Origin: Candidatus Krumholzibacteriia bacterium
Lineage (GTDB): Bacteria > Krumholzibacteriota > Krumholzibacteriia > JAJRXK01
Length of the DNA: 64,000 nt
Assembly (NCBI GenBank): GCA_041484665.1
Contig: JBGPIA010000003.1
Span: 224,001-288,000 of the forward strand
Direction of reading: 5' to 3'
Positions 59,952 through 64,000 of the stretch are shown here, piece by piece (within the stretch, counting starts at the first letter, position 1; the number at the start of each line of letters is the position of its first letter). The position numbers and the translations under genes are program-made. The notes under the pieces were generated by a model. The model searched no databases, had not been told where the DNA came from, and worked only from the letters and a program-made list of their open reading frames with translations.

Positions 59952-61730
59952 ATGCCGCGCCCCGCCTCGTGGCTGCCACCCCTGGCCCTGGTCGCCTTGT
60001 CCTTCGCGCTCTACGCCAACGCGATGCCGGCCGCGTTCCAGTTCGACGACACGACGTCGATCGTGGACAACCCCGCGATCGCGGCGCTGGATCCCCGCGC
60101 GTGGTGGAGCTTCTGGCCGGGACGGATCCTCGCCTACGGAAGCTTCGCCCTAGACCGCCGCGTACACGGGCTGACGCCCACCGGCTTCCACGTGACCAAT
60201 GTTCTGGTGCACGCGGCGGCGAGTCTCGCCGCGTACTGGCTGCTGGTGCAGTTGGCCGCGCAGGCCACCCCTCGGGTCGGGGCGCGCTGGGCGGCTTTGG
60301 CCGGCGCCGCCGTCTTTGCCGCGCACCCGCTGCAGACGCAGGCTGTCACCTACGTCGCGCAGCGCTGCGCATCGTTGTGCGCTGCTCTGTACCTGGCCAC
60401 GGTGTCCGTCTGGCTTTACGGTCAGCTTCCGGCGCGGCGCGGGCGGGCGCGCTGGACGCTGCCCGTGGCGCTGTTGCTCGGGCTCGCCACCAACTTCACC
60501 AAGGAGCTGGCGATCACGCTCCCGCTGGCCGTGTTGCTGGTGGACCGCGTGGCGTTCGCCGGCGAGCGCGGGACGCTGCGGCGAGTCGCGCCGCTCTTGC
60601 CGCTCTGCGCGGTCGTGCCGCTGGTCGCCGCGGTGGGCCACCGCTTCGGCGTGGCGGGCGGCGGGCTCTCGGGCGAGACCACGCTGGTGTCCCGTGGGAC
60701 GTATGCCCTCACGCAAATCGATGTCGTGGCGCGGTATCTACGGCTGCTGGTGCTGCCGCTGGGTCAGAATGTCGACCACGATATCGCATGGCGCCATGCG
60801 ATTGGCGAGGGCTCGCCGCCGCTGCTGCTGCTCGTGCTGTTACACGCGGCGGTGCTGGCCGCGGCGATTGCGGCCTGGCGTCGCGGGGCGCGGCTGTGGG
60901 CGATGGGTCCCTTGTGGTTCTCGCTGACGCTGCTGCCCGAGTCCAGCGTCTTCCCGATCCGCGACGCGATGTTCGAGCACCGTCTGTACCTGCCGATGCT
61001 GGGGCCGGCGCTGCTGGCCGGGCTGTCGCTGGAGCGGCTGGCGCGCTGGCGCCGGCCCGCCGGTGTGGCGGCGCTGGCCGGCGTGATCCTCCTCCTGGGC
61101 GGGCTGACCGTGGCGCGCAACCGCGTCTGGCGCACGCCGGAGACGCTGTGGCGCGACGCGGTCGCGAAGTCGCCCGGCAAGGCGCGCCCGTGGCTGGGGC
61201 TGGGCGCCGCGCTCGGGCGCGCCGGCGCCACGGGGGAGGCCTCGCGCTGCCTGGAGCGCGCGCTGGCGCTGCGCCCTGACTACGAAGAGGCCTGGACCAA
61301 CCTCGGCAACGTTCGATTACGCGCGGGCGACCTGCCGGCGGCGATCACAGCGTACCATCGCGCCATCGAGGTGAAGCGCGACCACGTCGCGGCGTGGTAC
61401 AACCTCGGGGTGGCGCTGGATCGCGCTGCGGACCTGGAGGGCGCGGCGCAGGCCTACAGCCAGGCGCTGCGGCTGCGCACGGATGACGCCGCTTCGCTCA
61501 ACGGCCTGGCGGGCGTTCGCCTCAAGCAGGGTCGCGCCGAGGAGGCGCTGCCCTTGGCGCGCCACGCGGCTGCCCTCGGCGGCGCCGCGCCGCGCCTGTT
61601 GCAGGAGATCGAGCGCGCGCTGGCCAGCGGCCTGCCTTCCGCGCAGCGATTGCAGTCCCCGCAATCCCAGCAGCCCCCACAGTCCCCCCCGCTCCGCAAG
61701 CCCCCATCCCCGGAGCCGCGATCACCATGA
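59952..61730 (+). CDS. TMTC-like GT-C membrane glycosyltransferase with C-terminal TPRs
   Basis: 'FQFDD', 'FHVTNVLVH', 'HPLQTQAV', 'KE', 'EHRLYLP', 'RNRVW', then TPR repeats. Confidence 0.85.
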   Translation: MPRPASWLPPLALVALSFALYANAMPAAFQFDDTTSIVDNPAIAALDPRAWWSFWPGRILAYGSFALDRRVHGLTPTGFHVTNVLVHAAASLAAYWLLVQLAAQATPRVGARWAALAGAAVFAAHPLQTQAVTYVAQRCASLCAALYLATVSVWLYGQLPARRGRARWTLPVALLLGLATNFTKELAITLPLAVLLVDRVAFAGERGTLRRVAPLLPLCAVVPLVAAVGHRFGVAGGGLSGETTLVSRGTYALTQIDVVARYLRLLVLPLGQNVDHDIAWRHAIGEGSPPLLLLVLLHAAVLAAAIAAWRRGARLWAMGPLWFSLTLLPESSVFPIRDAMFEHRLYLPMLGPALLAGLSLERLARWRRPAGVAALAGVILLLGGLTVARNRVWRTPETLWRDAVAKSPGKARPWLGLGAALGRAGATGEASRCLERALALRPDYEEAWTNLGNVRLRAGDLPAAITAYHRAIEVKRDHVAAWYNLGVALDRAADLEGAAQAYSQALRLRTDDAASLNGLAGVRLKQGRAEEALPLARHAAALGGAAPRLLQEIERALASGLPSAQRLQSPQSQQPPQSPPLRKPPSPEPRSP

Positions 61731-62938
61731 GCCAGCCCCCTGCGCACGCGCGCGACGAACTCGCCCACAGCCTGCTCGATCACCTGGAGTGCTCGGCGAC
61801 GGGCGAGACGTTCCCCGCCGATGGCCTGCGCAACCTCTCGCCCGCGGGGGAACCGCTTTTGCCCCGCTACCGCCTGGGACCGCATGTCCCGCGGCCGCCC
61901 CATCGCGGACCGGGCGGGATGTGGCGCTACGCGGCGCTGCTGCCGCACCGCGGGACGGTCGTGACCCTGGGTGAAGGCTGGACGCCGCTGTTGCCGGCGC
62001 CGCGGCTGGGCGCGCAGCTCGGACTGCCCTTGCTCTGGGTGAAGGACGAGTCGCAGAACCCCACCGCGTCGTTCAAAGCGCGAGGCATCGCTACGGCGGT
62101 GACGATGGCCAAGGCGCTCGGCGTCATCCGGCTGGCGATCCCCACGGCGGGCCACGCAGGAGGGGCGCTGGCCGCCTACGGCGCGCGTGCGGGGATTGCG
62201 GTGGAAGTGTTCATGCCGCGCGACACGCCCGAGGCGTTCCAGCTGGAGGCGCGTCTGCACGGAGCACAGGTCCACCTCGTGGACGGTCTGATCTCCGAGT
62301 GCGGAAAGCTGGTGGCGGCCGGGGCGGCGCAGGGGAGGTGGTTCGACTGCAGTACGTTCAAGGAGCCCTACCGCGTCGAGGGCAAGAAGACCATGGGCTA
62401 CGAGCTTTGGGAGCAGATGGGGGGCCAGCTGCCCGACGCGATCCTGTATCCGACTGGCGGAGGGACGGGGCTGATCGGCATGTGGAAGGCCTTCGAGGAG
62501 TTGGCTCAGCTTGGCTGGCACACGGGACAGCGCCCGCGCATGGTGGCGGTCCAGGTTGCCGGCTGCGCGCCCGTGGTGCGGGCCTTCCAGGAGGGTGCTG
62601 CCCGCACCCGCTTCTGGGACGAGGCCACGACATTGGCCTACGGCCTGCGCGTGCCAAAGCCCCTGGCCGATGCGCTGATCCTGCGGGCGCTGCGCGAGAG
62701 CGCCGGCACCGCTGTGGCCGTTGCCGAGCTGGAGATGCTCGCCGGCATGCATGAACTCGCTGCGAGCGAGGGGATCTCCAGCGGGCCCGAGACCGGGGCG
62801 GTGGTCGCCGCCGCGGCGCAGCTCGCGCGCGCGGGGTGGCTCACGCCGCAACAAACCGTGGTGCTCTTCAACACCGGCTCGCAGACGAAGTACCCCGATG
62901 CGGCTCGCGCCGCGCTACAACGGGCGCACGCGCCGTGA
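61727..62938 (+). CDS. thrC: Threonine synthase-like PLP enzyme
   Basis: 'MWRY', 'TLGEGWTPL', 'KDESQNPTASFKARG', 'YRVEGKKTMGYE', 'FNTG'. Confidence 0.88.
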   Translation: MSQPPAHARDELAHSLLDHLECSATGETFPADGLRNLSPAGEPLLPRYRLGPHVPRPPHRGPGGMWRYAALLPHRGTVVTLGEGWTPLLPAPRLGAQLGLPLLWVKDESQNPTASFKARGIATAVTMAKALGVIRLAIPTAGHAGGALAAYGARAGIAVEVFMPRDTPEAFQLEARLHGAQVHLVDGLISECGKLVAAGAAQGRWFDCSTFKEPYRVEGKKTMGYELWEQMGGQLPDAILYPTGGGTGLIGMWKAFEELAQLGWHTGQRPRMVAVQVAGCAPVVRAFQEGAARTRFWDEATTLAYGLRVPKPLADALILRALRESAGTAVAVAELEMLAGMHELAASEGISSGPETGAVVAAAAQLARAGWLTPQQTVVLFNTGSQTKYPDAARAALQRAHAP

Positions 62939-62981
62939 TCGTCAAGCGCGACGGACGGCCGCACCGCGGGCGGGCGCCGCA

Positions 62982-63713
62982 TCAGCGCGCAGCGACGTCG
63001 GCGGGCTCCATGCGGATGACGATGACCGAGATGTTGTCGTTGCCGCCGAAATCGTTGGCCATCTGCACGAGCTCGTTCACCAGCACGTCGGGGCGTCGGA
63101 TGCTCGACACGGCCTCAAGGATCTGCTCCTCGCGCACCATGTCCGAGAGCCCATCGCTGCACAACAGCAACGCGTCGCCGGGGGCCAGATCCATCTCCAG
63201 CAGATCGATCTCGACCTGCTCGCGCACGCCGACGCCGCGCGTGAGGACATTGCGGTAGGGATGCTGGCTGGCTTCGTCCTCGGTCAGCTTGCCCTGGTCG
63301 ATCATGTCCTGCACGAAGCGATGGTCGGCGGTCAGCCTGCGGGCGATGCCGCCGCGTGCCATGTACGCGCGGCTGTCGCCCACGTGGGCGAGCCCGAGGT
63401 GCTTGCCCACGATGGAGGCTGCCGTGCAGGTCGTCCCCATGCGCGCGAGCGCATCCGTACGCGAGCCCAGGCGGAAGATGCGCTCGTTGATCGTGCGCAG
63501 CACCGCGACGAGCTCCTGCGCGGACAGCCCGCTCTCGGTCGAGAGGGCCGCCCGCGCCAGCTCGCCGGTGACGATCTGGCTCGCCACCTTGCCCCCCCGG
63601 CTTCCACCCATCCCATCGGCGACCGCGTACAGCCCGTAGCGGTGCAGCAGCAGGATGCTGTCCTCGTTGGACTGGCGCGCCTGACCGATGTCGGTGGCGC
63701 CGGCGACGTTCAT
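62982..63713 (-). CDS. PP2C/Stp1 family Ser/Thr protein phosphatase
   Basis: 'TDIG..RQSNED', 'VADGMGG', 'MGTT', 'HVGDSRAY', 'LLCSDGL', 'GGNDN'. Confidence 0.95.
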   Translation of the reverse strand: MNVAGATDIGQARQSNEDSILLLHRYGLYAVADGMGGSRGGKVASQIVTGELARAALSTESGLSAQELVAVLRTINERIFRLGSRTDALARMGTTCTAASIVGKHLGLAHVGDSRAYMARGGIARRLTADHRFVQDMIDQGKLTEDEASQHPYRNVLTRGVGVREQVEIDLLEMDLAPGDALLLCSDGLSDMVREEQILEAVSSIRRPDVLVNELVQMANDFGGNDNISVIVIRMEPADVAAR

Positions 63714-63916
63714 GACGCGAAGAGCTCGCCTTGGGACCCGGCGCGATAGACCGCCCGCATCGCTCCCGCGACGTCCTCCATCTTCACACTCACCGGGCGC
63801 CCGCTGCGCCGCAGCTCGTCGATCATGGTCTGATAGGAGGGGCCAGCCTTGCGCAACAGCCACCGGCCGTCCCGCGGGGATTCCTGGAGATGACGGTAGA
63901 GCACATCCAGTTCCAT
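63710..63916 (-). CDS. Small hypothetical protein
   Basis: Strong RBS aaggaggagg before ATG 63916; its stop overlaps the phosphatase ATG (ATGA). Confidence 0.65.
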   Translation of the reverse strand: MELDVLYRHLQESPRDGRWLLRKAGPSYQTMIDELRRSGRPVSVKMEDVAGAMRAVYRAGSQGELFAS

Positions 63917-64000
63917 GGAGCCTCCTCCTTGCTCCATCGACCCTGTCCTGGCGGGTGGGTCCAGGGTGCTCGGTTGGGGCGGACCCTTGCGGGGGGGCCC

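Overview
Very GC-rich (roughly 70% by eye) bacterial chromosomal window with about 52 CDS and one initiator tRNA-Met. I saw no CRISPR array, transposase, integrase or prophage. A PorV-like barrel, proteins with C-terminal 'xPNP' sorting/FlgD-Ig-like domains, LpxH and a short Bacteroidota-style sigma-70 suggest a diderm FCB-group lineage such as Eisenbacteria, Krumholzibacteria or Latescibacteria (inference). Most of the window is housekeeping: phoH-HD-ybeY-CBS-DUF502-recO-glyQ-glyS, aspS, amidase/M23, degP, rlmN, ECF sigma/anti-sigma, eno-ftsB-tRNA-gdhA, ispG, a UbiD-family gene, larEBC and thrC. The standout is a minus-strand locus at about 28.2-32.9 kb. A small secreted peptide gene (acidic GDPDD core) sits directly upstream of a 1034-aa TPR-GAF-sigma54 enhancer-binding protein. 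These are followed by two copies of a near-palindromic enhancer-like 19-mer, an IHF-like site and a clean -24/-12 sigma54 promoter. That promoter points into a ~380-nt, densely base-paired, apparently non-coding transcript ending in an intrinsic terminator. I interpret this as a candidate undescribed peptide-sensing circuit (peptide -> TPR-bEBP -> sigma54 -> structured RNA). The parts are read from the sequence; the circuit is a hypothesis. All calls are by eye, with no database searches.
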